From Hormiphora californensis (lineage: Eukaryota > Animalia > Ctenophora): 64,000 nt of DNA. Shown one piece after another: positions 1 through 30,580 of the stretch; within the stretch, counting starts at the first letter, position 1; each line of letters begins with the position of its first letter. The notes below the pieces were generated by a model. It was not told the DNA's origin, did not search any database, and saw nothing but the letters and a program-made list of their open reading frames with translations. The stretch covers positions 7,812,001 through 7,876,000 of the forward strand of contig CM035359.1 in NCBI GenBank assembly GCA_020137815.1, in the 5' to 3' direction. The position numbers and the translations under genes are program-made.

Positions 1-339
1 TGGAAAAGTTGCCAGGCAGGTGGCAGATCTCGGCCAATAATTTTAACGACATTTTTATTTTGAAATAACAATTTTATAAAACTTGACAGGAATCTGCCAC
101 CGTAGTACGTGTGTGCTTGTCAGCACTGACTGTACATCGCAAGTCCTCTTCGCACCGGGCCTTCGGGCCGGTGCGAAGAGGACGATCTTATATGACCCAA
201 GTGCGTGCCTGTTACACTGAATCTTCAGCAAATGGAACCAATCTGTAACTTCGGATCCAGATGGGATAGAAGCTACGCTATAGCCTTCTGAAGTCCGTTT
301 TTTCAGCCAAACACTCATAAAACGTTGGTGACATAAACT

Positions 340-966
340 CCTGGCGCGACCCCCGGCACACAGGTGTCGGCTCCGCCCCAAAAAGGGTCGTTTCTTTCAA
401 GGGATGTTGCACGCGATCCACTGGACCGATTTGCATCCGGTTTGTCGCAAAAGACTACAATTGATCCTAATATACTGAAAAATACCTGAGAAGTTTGTCT
501 GCCAACAGGAAGTGGGTCAAATTTGACACTGAAGTCAAATCTATAATCTGGCTTCCGAGAGTTTCTGCACTACGCCCATGTAATTCGGTTTAGAAGATAT
601 TGGGAGTTATGTTGATGCAATTAGCATCAGAATTTGATGCCGGGTATTTTCCAGTACTCACAAGGGCTCAACCTAACTACCAATATCGTCAGACTCAGTC
701 TAAACCGCCTGGGAGTGGTGCAAAAACTCTCGGAAACCACATTATAGATTTGACTTCAGTGTCAATTGTGACCCACTTCCTGTTGCCAGACAAACTTCTC
801 GGGTATTTTCCAGTATATTAGGATCAATTTGTAGTCTTTTGCGACAAACCGGATGCAAATCGGTCCAGTAGATCACGTGCAACATCCCTTGAACTTCAAG
901 GCTTGAAGTACACGACCCTTTTTTAGAGGGCAGAGCCGACACCTGTGTGCGGGGGGTCGCGCCAGG
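340..966. mobile_element. MITE-like element with ~210-bp imperfect inverted repeats
   Basis: 340-548 is the reverse complement of ~741-966 (CTGGCGCGACCCC...GAAGTCAAATCTATAAT). Confidence 0.6.
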
Positions 967-1088
967 TGTCTATGTCACCAACATAAAACGTATATTTATG
1001 CGTTTCTGGCAGCGCTTTTGGGGGGGGGGGGGGGGCAACCTTTGCGCTTGTCAGCGCACTTGTTTCTATTCTATCGTTATTCTTCGTT

Positions 1089-2238
1089 GGGGGGGGGGGG
1101 GGTGACACGTAACACTTTGTAACACTTTGTAACATGTGCAGAAAACTTTTTGTGCACGTTACATGTTACAAAGTGTTACAAAGTGTTACATAGTGTTACA
1201 AAGTGTTACATAGTGTTACAAAGTGTTACATAGTGTTACAAAGTGTTACATAGTGTTACATAGTGTTACAAAGTGTTACATAGTGTTACAAAGTGTTACA
1301 TAGTGTTACAAAGTGTTACATAGTGTTACAAAGAGTTACAAAGTGTTACAAAGTGTTACATAGTGTCACAAAGTGTTACAAATTGTTACAAAGTGTTACA
1401 AATTGTTACAAAAACACAAGGATTTGTAGCGAAGCAAATTTTCAATCTTTGACCAAAAAATTGATTTTGGAAAAATTTTATTTCTTTTTCCAACAGAAAC
1501 GTTGTATTTATTATAATGAGATCTGATCAGGATTAAATAGGGAGGAAACTAGAAAAATATCTGGCGAGGGCCGGGCTCGAACCGACAACCTCTGCATTAC
1601 ATGTACATTGCTCTAACCTATTGAGCTACCTCGTTGTATATCATCTTATTAAGTACAAAGAATCGATTACCAATGAAAAAAGTCGATTGGGTCACAACTC
1701 ACAGGTGACTCAGCACATTGGGGGCCTCTGAGAGGCACAATACTTCTAATATCACTCTAAAAACTTTACCGTTGTCTAAAGTTCATATTTTTCTTTACCA
1801 AATGGACTATTTCAGCCCTGATTTCCACAGTCGATGACATCGGAGGCTCAAAACATCCGCAAATTAGTAAAAAAGTGTATGTTTTAACCCTAGAAATGAT
1901 TTAAAACTTTTAGATGTGTTCTAGAAAGACACCAAAGTCGTTCAAATTACTTATTCACCAACCGTTGAAAATTTGCTTCGCTACAAATCCTTGTGTTTTT
2001 GTAACAATTTGTAACACTTTGTAACAATTTGTAACACTTTGTAACAATTTGTAACACTTTGTGACACTATGTAACACTTTGTAACACTATGTAACACTTT
2101 GTAACACTATGTAACACTTTGTAACACTATGTAACACTTTGTAACACTATGTAACACTTTGTAACATGTGCAGAAAACTTTTTGTGCACGTTACATGTTA
2201 CAAAGTGTTACAAAGTGTTACGTGTCACCCCCCCCCCT
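1089..2238. mobile_element. Foldback-type element with arms built from 10-bp GTGTTACA(A/T)A tandem repeats
   Basis: Poly-G/poly-C termini, inverted arms ~1089-1445 and ~1965-2238, direct flank (C)TTCGTT on both sides; lies downstream of the last H3-variant exon seen, probably in an intron. Confidence 0.75.
1562..1635 (-). pseudogene. tRNA-Thr(TGT)-like pseudogene or tRNA-derived SINE head
   Basis: Cloverleaf with D arm TAGCTCAATAGGTTAGAGC and T arm GTCGGTTCGAGCCCGGC, anticodon TGT; two acceptor-stem mismatches and A33 instead of U33. Confidence 0.6.
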
Positions 2239-2335
2239 TCGTTACCCAGAAGATCATCATAATCTGTTGCATTTTCACCACCCCCCCCCCCCCCCATTTG
2301 CACGAGCGGCCCTTGATAAACAAAGATGTAATTAC

Positions 2336-3148
2336 CTGAAGCGCTCCGAGGGCTCCAACCTGGAGTCGTAAATTTGCATCCTTGGTTGCCATGTCACCGA
2401 TAACACTTTTCACTAGACGGAGGAAGGGTGCCCGGGGTATCAACAGCTCTGTACTTCGCTGATATCTTCTTATCTCACGAAGGGCAACTGTACCAGGCCT
2501 GGGAAAAGGCATTAGATAATAGCAATATAATAGGGGACAGTGGTACAGATAGTTGTGTGTTCCTTAATACTTTTCTCGACTCTGGAGACCGGTCCTAGCG
2601 GGGGGGGGGGGGGGGGGGGGGGGGGATTTAACAATCATCATGGGTGTCATACAATTAGATGTTGAGCCCCCCCCCTCCCGGTCCAAGGTTATGTATTTTT
2701 GACCGGGAGATCAGAAAAACACAGTCACAGATTATTTTCCTGTCCAGCTTGGAAAGTGCGATTGATTTGTTATTCAACAAGATAACAACTTCCTACCTCC
2801 ACCTGTGTTTCCTCTTCACCTCACCAACAGATCCATTACCACTCTTCCTTTTCTTTTTACCAACTATATCACTTCCTCGTGCTGACCTTCCTGCAAGTAA
2901 CTGAGTTACAGATTATCATTACTTGAGTTACTAACTCAAGTAATGATAATCTGTTCAATTTCCTAAAGCTATAGCTAGGAAAATCTATATTTTTACCACC
3001 TTGTACATGGCGTGCCGATCTATTCAAAACGGGCAGTGCCAGACAGCTGTTTCACTGCCTGATTCTAATTACTTTTTGCAGCGAGGATTTTACTCCTGTC
3101 CAGTTTTCCTCCGGTTGATTTACGTGCTGTCTGTTTTGTCCTGGCCAT
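2336..3148 (-). CDS. Divergent intron-containing histone H3 variant (CenH3/CENP-A candidate), 5' three exons; last exon(s) not found in window
   Basis: Exons 3148-3073, 2890-2797 and 2498-2336 with GT-AG introns and matching phases give [111 protein letters not shown], a clear H3 N-terminus and histone-fold start. Confidence 0.88.
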
Positions 3149-3151
3149 TGC

Positions 3152-3272
<121 letters not shown>

Positions 3273-4376
3273 AAATAAGGGGAATGTCATGGAGGGAGGG
3301 GCAGAGTTATACACTTTTTCTGAAAGAATCTCGATTGCGTACGGTATTGTTACGTACTAAAAACACACACATTCACACTCATTTGTATACATCACATTGT
3401 ATTGGCTTGATAAGTTTCACCCTGATTGAGGGTTTCAAACTGTACACATGTTATACTCCGAGAGAGAACCAGCCTCCCTATATCAATCACAAAACACACT
3501 ACCAAGACCCTCCCACTCAACCATCTACCCTTTCAATAAGGCACACAATTCATTCTCAAAACATTTCAAACACTACCTCAATAATTAATACCCAATCACT
3601 GACATTCTAAGATTACGATTATATAGCAATGAATGTGCAGACAGTGCCGTTTGATATAGTGATCTACCGTATACGGTAAAAAGACACCGACTTTGCGTGA
3701 TGCGCGAGTGCTTATGTCAAATAGTGCATTTGTTTAGCACGTCATAGCGCATTGATTGGCCACGCTTGTGCGTCTTCTTACCGTCTTTCAGACCAAAACG
3801 GTTTATCATAACCGTTTTCCTACTACACGCACGGTAGAGAGCAAAAATCGGTATGAAAATCTGAAAGGAGGACACATTTTCAACTACCCTTTGGATTTAC
3901 ATTTGAGTTCTATATAAATGTTACACACGAAATCAAAACGGTATTGAACATATTATATAATGTTATAGCAGTGAAACGCAGCAGGCAACTAAAACATATG
4001 TTGTACAGGGGGTGACTATTTGCTTTTTTCACTAAAAATCTTTTGGTATGATATAGCATTGTGGCGTAACAGTATGAGTATTTTGTACAGAAGCAGAAAA
4101 ATAACTGAAGCTTGGAAAACACACACAGAAGCAGAAAAATAACATGACAGACACACAGACGTACTAGATATTTCCCTGGTTACTCTCCAGCCCCACTGCT
4201 AAAAAATTCTCAGCATCTCCAATATTTCCAACCACAATTTCCATAACTAACCAATTATTAAATGGCTAGTACACATTTGACATTTCTAAATATGTACCGA
4301 TTCATTGAAACCACATGTAACCTCTCCTAATAATCACGAAAAATAATATCTTCCTCACATCAACACTTGCTGCTGT

Positions 4377-22922
<18,546 letters not shown>

Positions 22923-23047
22923 GATGGCTATATAACAAGAGAACTGTCAGGTGACAAAACAAGAAGGAAAACTTTAAATTCAATTTACAAGGTACATGTG
23001 ACTCTTATAAGTAATACAAATAAAAATTTACACAAACAATGCTGACT

Positions 23048-23595
23048 TTACCAATCTTTATAAGTCTTGGTGGTAAATATCTTGCGTTCTCTATCTCTAA
23101 TTTGTTCCCTTCTAAAACATTTTGTAACAAATCCCTGGGCCGCTATACATTGCGATGAAACGGCACCATGTTTCAAACAAACATCGATCGCATTATCTTG
23201 TTCCATCTGACAGAAATTCATCGAAGCTCCACAGCTGTCGTACTGGAAGGAGAAAAACTTGTCAGATTTTCATTTTAGGGACATTAGGTTTCCCATGATA
23301 ATGGTACGACATGAGCCAGAGTTTTAGGTCACCTAGTACGACTTACCGATTGCAAAACTTTGATACAATTTTGGTAGCTGAGATATAATTCGTTACAAGG
23401 GAACAGTGAACCTTTTTCTGCATCCATTGTACATTTCTTCCACTTGGCACGAGCTAGCTTACAATCAGACAGTGTGTACCCTTTCCCCTTGGGTATAATT
23501 GATTGCAATGACTGCATCCCTTCTCTTTCAATGCCATATATCTGGTTTTCTGGAACTTTATCGGCCCATTCCTCTGCATCTGAATCATCAGACAT
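23048..23595 (-). CDS. Small cysteine-rich protein with multiple CX9C motifs (double CHCH-like, putative mitochondrial intermembrane space protein), 2 exons, ~147 aa
   Basis: Exons 23595-23347 (donor GTAAGT) and 23242-23048 (acceptor TTCTCCTTCCAG) join in phase 0. Cys spacing is CX9C-X11-CX9C-X9-C-X6-CX10C-X9-CX9C; the protein ends KTYKDW*. Confidence 0.7.
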
Positions 23596-23769
23596 CCCCT
23601 AACTGCTAGGAGCATTAGGCATGTTTAACGGTGTGCCCTAGGCCTACGTATGTACTATATTTGTTTGTTTGTTTGGTCAACCACTGGCGACACCGAGCGG
23701 CGCACCGCGTCGACAGGGGTATCACACTACCCCTGACCTAAATCAAATTCTAACGTTTATGTTAAGCTG

Positions 23770-24877
23770 GATCAGGTAACGTTTTGCCGTTTTTAGGATA
23801 CTGAATGAAAGGCGTTGTCGAATCATCGGATTGAATCACTTTAGGACTGTTTAATCTCGCAACCTGGGAATAAAACCTCTCAGCGTTAAGACCCATCACA
23901 CCATTAGTTGAAAGGCACATTTCTCTACTTTTGGACTCGCTCGCCATATGCCCTTATCTTCTCCTGCTCATGTTTTTGAAGAGCATCTTCAACTGATAAG
24001 GATGCGTTGCTCGGTGCCAGCGATGTCACACAATGACTTCACATTGGGGGACCAGACTCCTGTCGCACCAACATCATATCCAGTCGGGCATCGCTCGCTG
24101 TGATTACCCAACTTGTATTGGACTACTTCCCTTGTGAGTGGTAACAGAGGGGGCTCAATCTGGATATTCTTGCATCTCGTCATTGGGAAGGAAGTTGGCA
24201 GTTAGATCACGAATAGAATGATGACGTAGATAGACGTATCCCCCCAGTGGACAGGACAGACAATGCTCTATATCGTTAATATGTCCACATGAACAGTTCA
24301 TAGGTATTCCCTTCATGGGTAGAAGATTGTAACTTTATAACTTTATAATAGAACTCATATATCAACATATTATAATGGTCTCAGTCCAATCGAATATCCC
24401 CCGCACAAACAGACACAGTCCCACGGGACCATTCCAGAATTGAATTGTTGTTTTGACGGCTGTATCCGGAGACAGGTGGTCTATCCGGAAAACGTTTCAT
24501 CCACTCCCCGAGAAGAACCTTGAACCTTTCCTGGCCGCTCGCTCCAAAACTTTCCCTACCTCTCGGAAAAAGCCACCCGATGTAGAGAATACGAGTAACG
24601 AGAGGCGTAAAGGAACCCTGCTCCACTTCTTGCACCCTTCGCATATATAGGCCAGTTTCTTTTGATTTTGGTGCTGCTTATACAGGTTCGTGATGGGCAC
24701 CTTCAGGTAGGATGGGGCGTTTGGATGGAAAACCCGTACATCCATGAAACTGGCCTGCATGTTAGACCACAGGTCACGACGGACTATGTCCATTCGTGCT
24801 TCAGCTTTCATATCTGCACTGATTGGCAAGTTAAATCCATCACAGGGCAGCATTGGTTGTTCAGTGTTAACGGGTTT
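23770..24877 (-). mobile_element. Fragments of CRE-like RLE non-LTR retrotransposons
   Basis: Translations match the 27524-28510 ORF (ARMDIV..DVRVFHPNAPSY..QEVEQGSFTPLV) and a related family (RCKNIQIEPPLLPLT). Confidence 0.7.
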
Positions 24878-24915
24878 CAAACTTTTCAACACTACTTTAG
24901 ACAAATTAATTTGAG
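24874..24915 (+). other. Spliced-leader-like sequence at the 5' end of a LINE
   Basis: GTTTCAAACTTTTCAACACTACTTTAGACAAATTAATTTGAG; 32/34 identical to 50858-50891(-); matches my recollection of the Pleurobrachia-type ctenophore SL. Confidence 0.7.
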
Positions 24916-24969
24916 GTGCACGCCCGTGCGTTTTCGAATATCCCTCTGTAGGCTCTAGGCATGCCAGAT

Positions 24970-25865
24970 ATGACAAATATGGCTACACCTACTGATGACA
25001 AAAGTGATGGCAATGCCCTTGCCGTTGGAAATCTTGTAAACGCATCAGATCCTCTCACTAAAAAGGTCCTGTATGCCATGATGTGGATTACACCAAGAAT
25101 CTAGACATCATCCGCACATTCAACTGTGCCCACCTGGAAGCCGCTGCATCATTTTTCGGTGCATCCCCCGGCTCATATGCAGATAAAACTAAGCAGTACC
25201 AGAACCGCACTACACTAGCTGACTACACCATTATTCAGCTGGAAAGTCATTTTCCTTGTGACTGTGAGGGCTGTGGCGAAGGGTATGCAGTTAAACCAGG
25301 CGAATCTCCTCGTGTCCGCTGTTTTCTTTGCCAGCAGGGGTCTCATGATTGTGAGGCTATGGATGGCACCCTTGGGTCATTGACGGGGTTGGTCTGGTTG
25401 TGTCTGCCGTGCAAGGACAAAAACAACAAAATTGAAACCTTCATGTGCAACCGAAGTGCTGAAGATCCAGAATCAGTGTTAACTGATGAGGAATACGAGT
25501 TCAAAATCAGTCCAAAGGCAGGCCGTAGCGGTAAGAAGAAGAGGAAGAAGAAACAAGCTCCTGTCAAGAAAGATCCTAATGATCTGGTAACTCCTGTTGG
25601 TGGAGTGACAGTTCTAAAAGATGTGGATCTTGGAGACGTATCTTCTGATGGAGAGGTGAAACCCCAAGGTGTTCCCAAATTCAGCAATGTTTGTGAACAT
25701 TATCTACTGAGAGACTGTCCTCATGGCCCAAATGGTGACAAGTTGATTAGTGGTAAGCCTTGCAGCAAGGAACATCCCCAGAAATGCCTCCGTTATTGTC
25801 AGTACGGAACGGTAACTCGTTCTGGGTGTAACTTTGGAGATAAGTGTCAGAATTTTCACCCACTG
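24970..25865 (+). pseudogene. LINE (CR1/L2-type) ORF1 with PHD finger and CCCH zinc fingers; frameshifted near 25080 and truncated by a minisatellite
   Basis: CEGC..RCFLC..HDC..WLCLPC PHD pattern, then C-x5-C-H and C-x2-C..C..C..H fingers. Confidence 0.7.
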
Positions 25866-26202
25866 TCCACAATGTATCCACAATGTGTCCTTAATGTGTC
25901 CTCAATGTGTCCTCAATGTGTCCACGAGGTGTCCTCAATGTGTCCTCAATGTGTCCACAATGTGTCCTCAACCTGTCCACAATGTGTCCTCAACCTGTCC
26001 ACAATGTGTCCACGATTGGTGTGCAATCGTTACTCAATGTGTCCTCAATGTGCCCTCAATATGTCCTCAATATGTCCTCAATGTGTCCTCAATATGTCCT
26101 CAATATGTCCTCAATGTGTCCTCAATGTGTCCCCAATATGTCCTCAATGTGTCCTCAATGTGTCCTCAATGTGTCCTCAATGTGTCCTCAATGTGTCCTC
26201 AA
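25865..26202. repeat. 11-bp minisatellite (CAATGTGTCCT)n
   Basis: Direct reading; it explains the spurious CPQCVLNVSS ORFs. Confidence 0.9.
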
Positions 26203-27589
26203 ACGTTCCGTAGGTAGTATGTTATACTACCCCGAATGGCAACGAAAAATTCAAGCTGGTTGAGCTCATAACCGAGTTTCTGCGGTAGAGGTTGGGAAGG
26301 TGTTGGAAAAAGCGGCCAGGAGGATTTGCGACAAGCACAAGGAGAGTTACGCTGAAACCATGTCCTTCATCCGAGAAAAGACACGATTCAGTTTGTTAAG
26401 ATCAACTCTTGTTGCGCTTCGGGGAACCAAGAGAAGGGTTGTCCCAGTCAGTGTGGAAGATGTAGACTTTCGAGACAAGTGAGCAGAGAGAGGGAGTATG
26501 AGAGTATGACGGTGTATGGGTAATTTATTATAATTTATTCTGTTTTACGAACGTTCGCGAACATTTGTTTCTGTAGCGGTCGAGCAGTTAGCCAACTAGA
26601 AGCACCGGGTCCAGAGCATAGCTCCATCGCACGCTGTGTCTTCAAATCAAGTACTGCCAAGATACCTGCACGCCCCGTTGTATGCCTCTCATCAGTGGCT
26701 TCGGTACACTTCTTCTTCAATTTCCCCTTTTCATCTCGGCATCCATGTTGTTGTTTGGACAGTCCTCTTCCGCCAGGATAAGAGACACTAGTGGTACGGT
26801 TGCAAAACGGGAATTATTGTATTCTTGATTGGCCGTTTGTACCGGATCCAATTTTGTAACTGGCCACCAAACTAAAAGTGTTTAGTTGGCAAATAATAAA
26901 ACGTTGCTGGCACGGGATAAGGCAGCGCTTTTCAAATAAAAGATAAACCAAATAAAAGTGCCTTCTTCCTCGGATCCTCATGCACCCAAAATGCATTTTA
27001 GTGACTAATCAAAAAGTTAGCTTCACGCATCTCAACTAAACACAAGGACAAATACGCTGAGGTGATTAATTTCTTGAGAACGCGGATACGGTTCTGTCTC
27101 CTCAGAAGTACCTTGGTCTCACTGAGGGGCACGAGGAAAAAGTTCACGACTCCACCTCCCATCGCAATGTGTGATTTTACTGACTGACTTTTTATTTGTA
27201 ATATTTATTGTTTATTTGAGTGAGTGATTTTAAGATTTATTTATTTATTACTAACCCCAACACCGGGGGCAAATGATCGAACCCAATGTGAATGAGACTC
27301 ATCGCGATTAACTCTTCATACGGTTACCCCCTTTCTCTCTTCGGCAGCTTCTCTTCGGCTGTCGGAAAGTGATGCCAATCGGTGTTGGGGTTAGTGAATT
27401 TTCTTTAAAACGTCTTTTTTGACTGCTTTTTGTTCAAAAAAAAAAAAATTTTAGTGTTGCAATCTTGGTTGGAATGCGCTGCAGCCCCCTCATGCGCGCA
27501 CCCCCGCAACGGGCCTGCAACGTATGCCAACAATCTTCGCGCGCTACGTTAAACATTTTTTTGCGAAAGCCGGGGTACCGGTTCAATTA

Positions 27590-28510
27590 GTGCTGGCGGA
27601 AGAGGACTGTCCAAATAACATCATGGATGCCGAGATGAAAAGCGGAAAGTTGAAGAAGAAGTGTGCCGACGCCACTGATGAGAGGCATGCAACGGAACGT
27701 GCAGATATCTTTGCAGTACTTGATATGAAGACACAGCGTGCGATGGAGCTGTGCTCCGAACCCGGTGCTTCTAGTTGGCTAACTGCTCGACCGCTGCAGA
27801 AACTGGGCCATGAGCTCAACCAGGTTGAGTTTGTCGATGCCATTCGGCTCAGATACGGCTTCCACTTCCCGGACCTGATAGGGAAATGCGGCTGTGGGGC
27901 ACAAAACACCAGTGACCACGCCTTGATCTGCAAGGTTGGAGGCTTTGATATGTGGAGACATGACCACCTTCGGGATACCTTAGCCGATATCCTTCGGTAT
28001 GCGGGATTTAAACCCGTTAACACTGAACAGCCAATGTTGCCCTGTGACGGATTCAACCTGCCAATCAATGCAAATATCAAAGCTGAAGCACGAATGGACA
28101 TAGTCTGTCGTGGCTTATGGTCTGACATGCAGACCAGTTTCATGGATGTACGGGTTTTCCATCCTAATGCCCCATCCTACCTGAAGATGCCCATCACGAA
28201 CCTGTATAAACAGCACCAAAATCAGAAGAAACTTGCCTATATGCGAAGGGTGCAAGAAGTGGAGCAGGGTTCCTTCACGCCCCTCGTATTCTCCACGTCG
28301 GGAGGTTTTGCCGGAGAAGTAGGGAAGGTTTTGGAGCGAGCGGCCAGGAAGATCTGTGACAGGCACAAGGAGAGTTACGCTGAAACCATGTCCTTCATCC
28401 GAGAAAAGACACGATTCAGTTTGTTAAGATCAACTCTTGTTGCGCTTCGGGGAACCAAGAGAAGGGTTGTCCCAGTCAGTGTGGAAGATGTAGACTTTCG
28501 AGACAAGTGA
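27590..28510 (+). mobile_element. 3' part of a CRE-like non-LTR retrotransposon ORF (zinc knuckle plus restriction-like endonuclease)
   Basis: GASSWLTARPL, FVDAIRLRYG, CGCG..HALIC, RHDHLRD, ARMDI..FMDVRV..K, FTPLVFSTSGG. Further pieces at 26287-26482(+), 26570-26790(-), 27040-27187(+) and 28570-28750(+). Confidence 0.8.
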
Positions 28511-29918
28511 GCAGAGAGAGGGAGTATGAGAGTATGACGGTGTGTGGGTAATTTATTATAATTTATTGTGCTAAAGACTCTCTCACACCGAATTTCCACA
28601 AGAACCGGAGAACCGTACAGTGAAGTTATGGCTCACCTGAGGACGAGGCTACGATTCTCCCTCCTGAGATCATGCCTTATTGCATTAAGAGGAAATCGGA
28701 GGAAGATTGCTATCACTAGTCTAACAAATACTGACATATCTACGACATAATTCTATTCGTGATCTAACTGCCAACTTCCTAAAAATGACGAGATGCAAGA
28801 ATATCCAGATAGAGCCCCCTCTGTTACCACTCACAGGGGAAGTATTCCAATACAAGTCGGCAATAAGGGCGGAGTCACACCAAGATCTTCGAAAGAATTG
28901 TTTCGACGCACCAAACTCAATCACACTGAAAAGTATGGTTGTTTTTTCACAGCAGGCGTTCAGTTGTTGTGAACGCCTGCTGTGCGCAGCGCATTGGCAC
29001 GTGCATCTTGGGCGCTGGCAGGCTTCTATATGTTACAACATGTGAAAGCCTGCCAGCGCCCAAGATGCACGTGCCAATGCGCTGCGCATAACAGGCGTTC
29101 ACAACAACTGAACGCCTGCTGTGAAGAACCAACCATACTTTTCAGTGTGATTGAGTTTGGTGCGTCGAAACAATTCTTTCGAAGATCTTGGTGTGATTCC
29201 GCCCTTATTGCCGACTTGTATTGGAATACTTCCCCTGTGAGTGGTAACAGAGGGGGCTCTATCTGGATATTCTTGCATCTCGTCATTTTTAGGAAGTTGG
29301 CAGTTAGATCACGAATAGAATTATGTCGTAGATATGTCAGTATTTGTTAGACTAGTGATAGCAATCTTCCTCCGATTTCCTCTTAATGCAATAAGGCATG
29401 ATCTCAGGAGGGAGAATCGTAGCCTCGTCCTCAGGTGAGCCATAACTTCACTGTACGGTTCTCCGGTTCTTGTGGAAATTCGGTGTGAGAGAGTCTTTAG
29501 CACAATAAATTATAATAAATTACCCACACACCGTCATACTCTCATACTCCCTCTCTCTGCTCACTTGTCTCGAAAGTCTACATCTTCCACACTGACTGGG
29601 ACAACCCTTCTCTTGGTTCCCCGAAGCGCAACAAGAGTTGATCTTAACAAACTGAATCGTGTCTTTTCTCGGATGAAGGACATGGTTTCAGCGTAACTCT
29701 CCTTGTGCCTGTCACAGATCTTCCTGGCCGCTCGCTCCAAAACCTTCCCTACTTCTCCGGCAAAACCTCCCGACGTGGAGAATACGAGGGGCGTGAAGGA
29801 ACCCTGCTCCACTGTCTTGCACCCCTTCGCATATAGGCAGTTTCTTCTGATTTTGGGTGCTGTTTATACAGGTTCTGATGGGCATCTTCAGGTAGGATGG
29901 CATTAGGATGGAAAACCC
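28151..29918. repeat. ~1.77-kb inverted duplication centred near 29035
   Basis: ORFs 28568-28750 and 28785-29045(+) are mirrored by 29321-29503 and 29026-29286(-); the distal right arm accumulates indels. Confidence 0.9.
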
Positions 29919-30580
29919 CCTTTTTTAGAATTTATATTTTGTACAGTGTGTAGGCGTAAAGATATATTTACGCTCCAGTTGCAGATTGGAGGCTGGCGCA
30001 AGCTGGGAGAGTCCCTGTGCGCGCGAAATCTTCGTTGACTAGCAGGGTTTTCGATGTGATTTGCATCTAGAGTGGCGTGCACAGCAGTGTCAGCAGGGGC
30101 CTGCACCATTGTAACTAACTTCGGTCGCAAAATCTCTAACTGGACCCTTACTTTACTTCAAACAGCAATCCGACAATACCGGGTTCCATGATGGATACGA
30201 GGGTACTCTCGACACTTCGGTGTTGTACCACTTTGCAGGTTCACTCTGTGACCGATCGTGGTGTGCGTTTATTATCTGAGACCCCGGTGTCGGATTGCTG
30301 TTTCATATAGAAATCAATCTATCTGTACATAAATTGGGTATAATAAATTAATTCTGGTTATTGCTTTTAATCATGTATAAAATGTTAATGTCATTGCGAT
30401 CACTAAAACTCTTCGGGCTCTGGCCACGATGACCCCGGAGACTAATGATAAGAGTTTTTAACAGGCAGAAAGATAGTCTCTGTCTGATATCCGGATGCAA
30501 TCGGGGTAGGACTGTTTGGTCTTTTTTGAGAGTAGGTGGGCCTTCTTCCTCGGATCCTCATGAGGCACCCAAAATGCATT

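Noticed and set aside
1703-1727. Candidate next exon of the H3 variant inside the foldback loop
   Set aside because: It has AG/GT borders but encodes no H3 helix-2 sequence and contains an in-frame stop.
25834-26263. Cys-rich CPQCVLNVSS ORFs resembling metallothionein or keratin-associated proteins
   Set aside because: They arise from an 11-bp minisatellite that is open in several frames.
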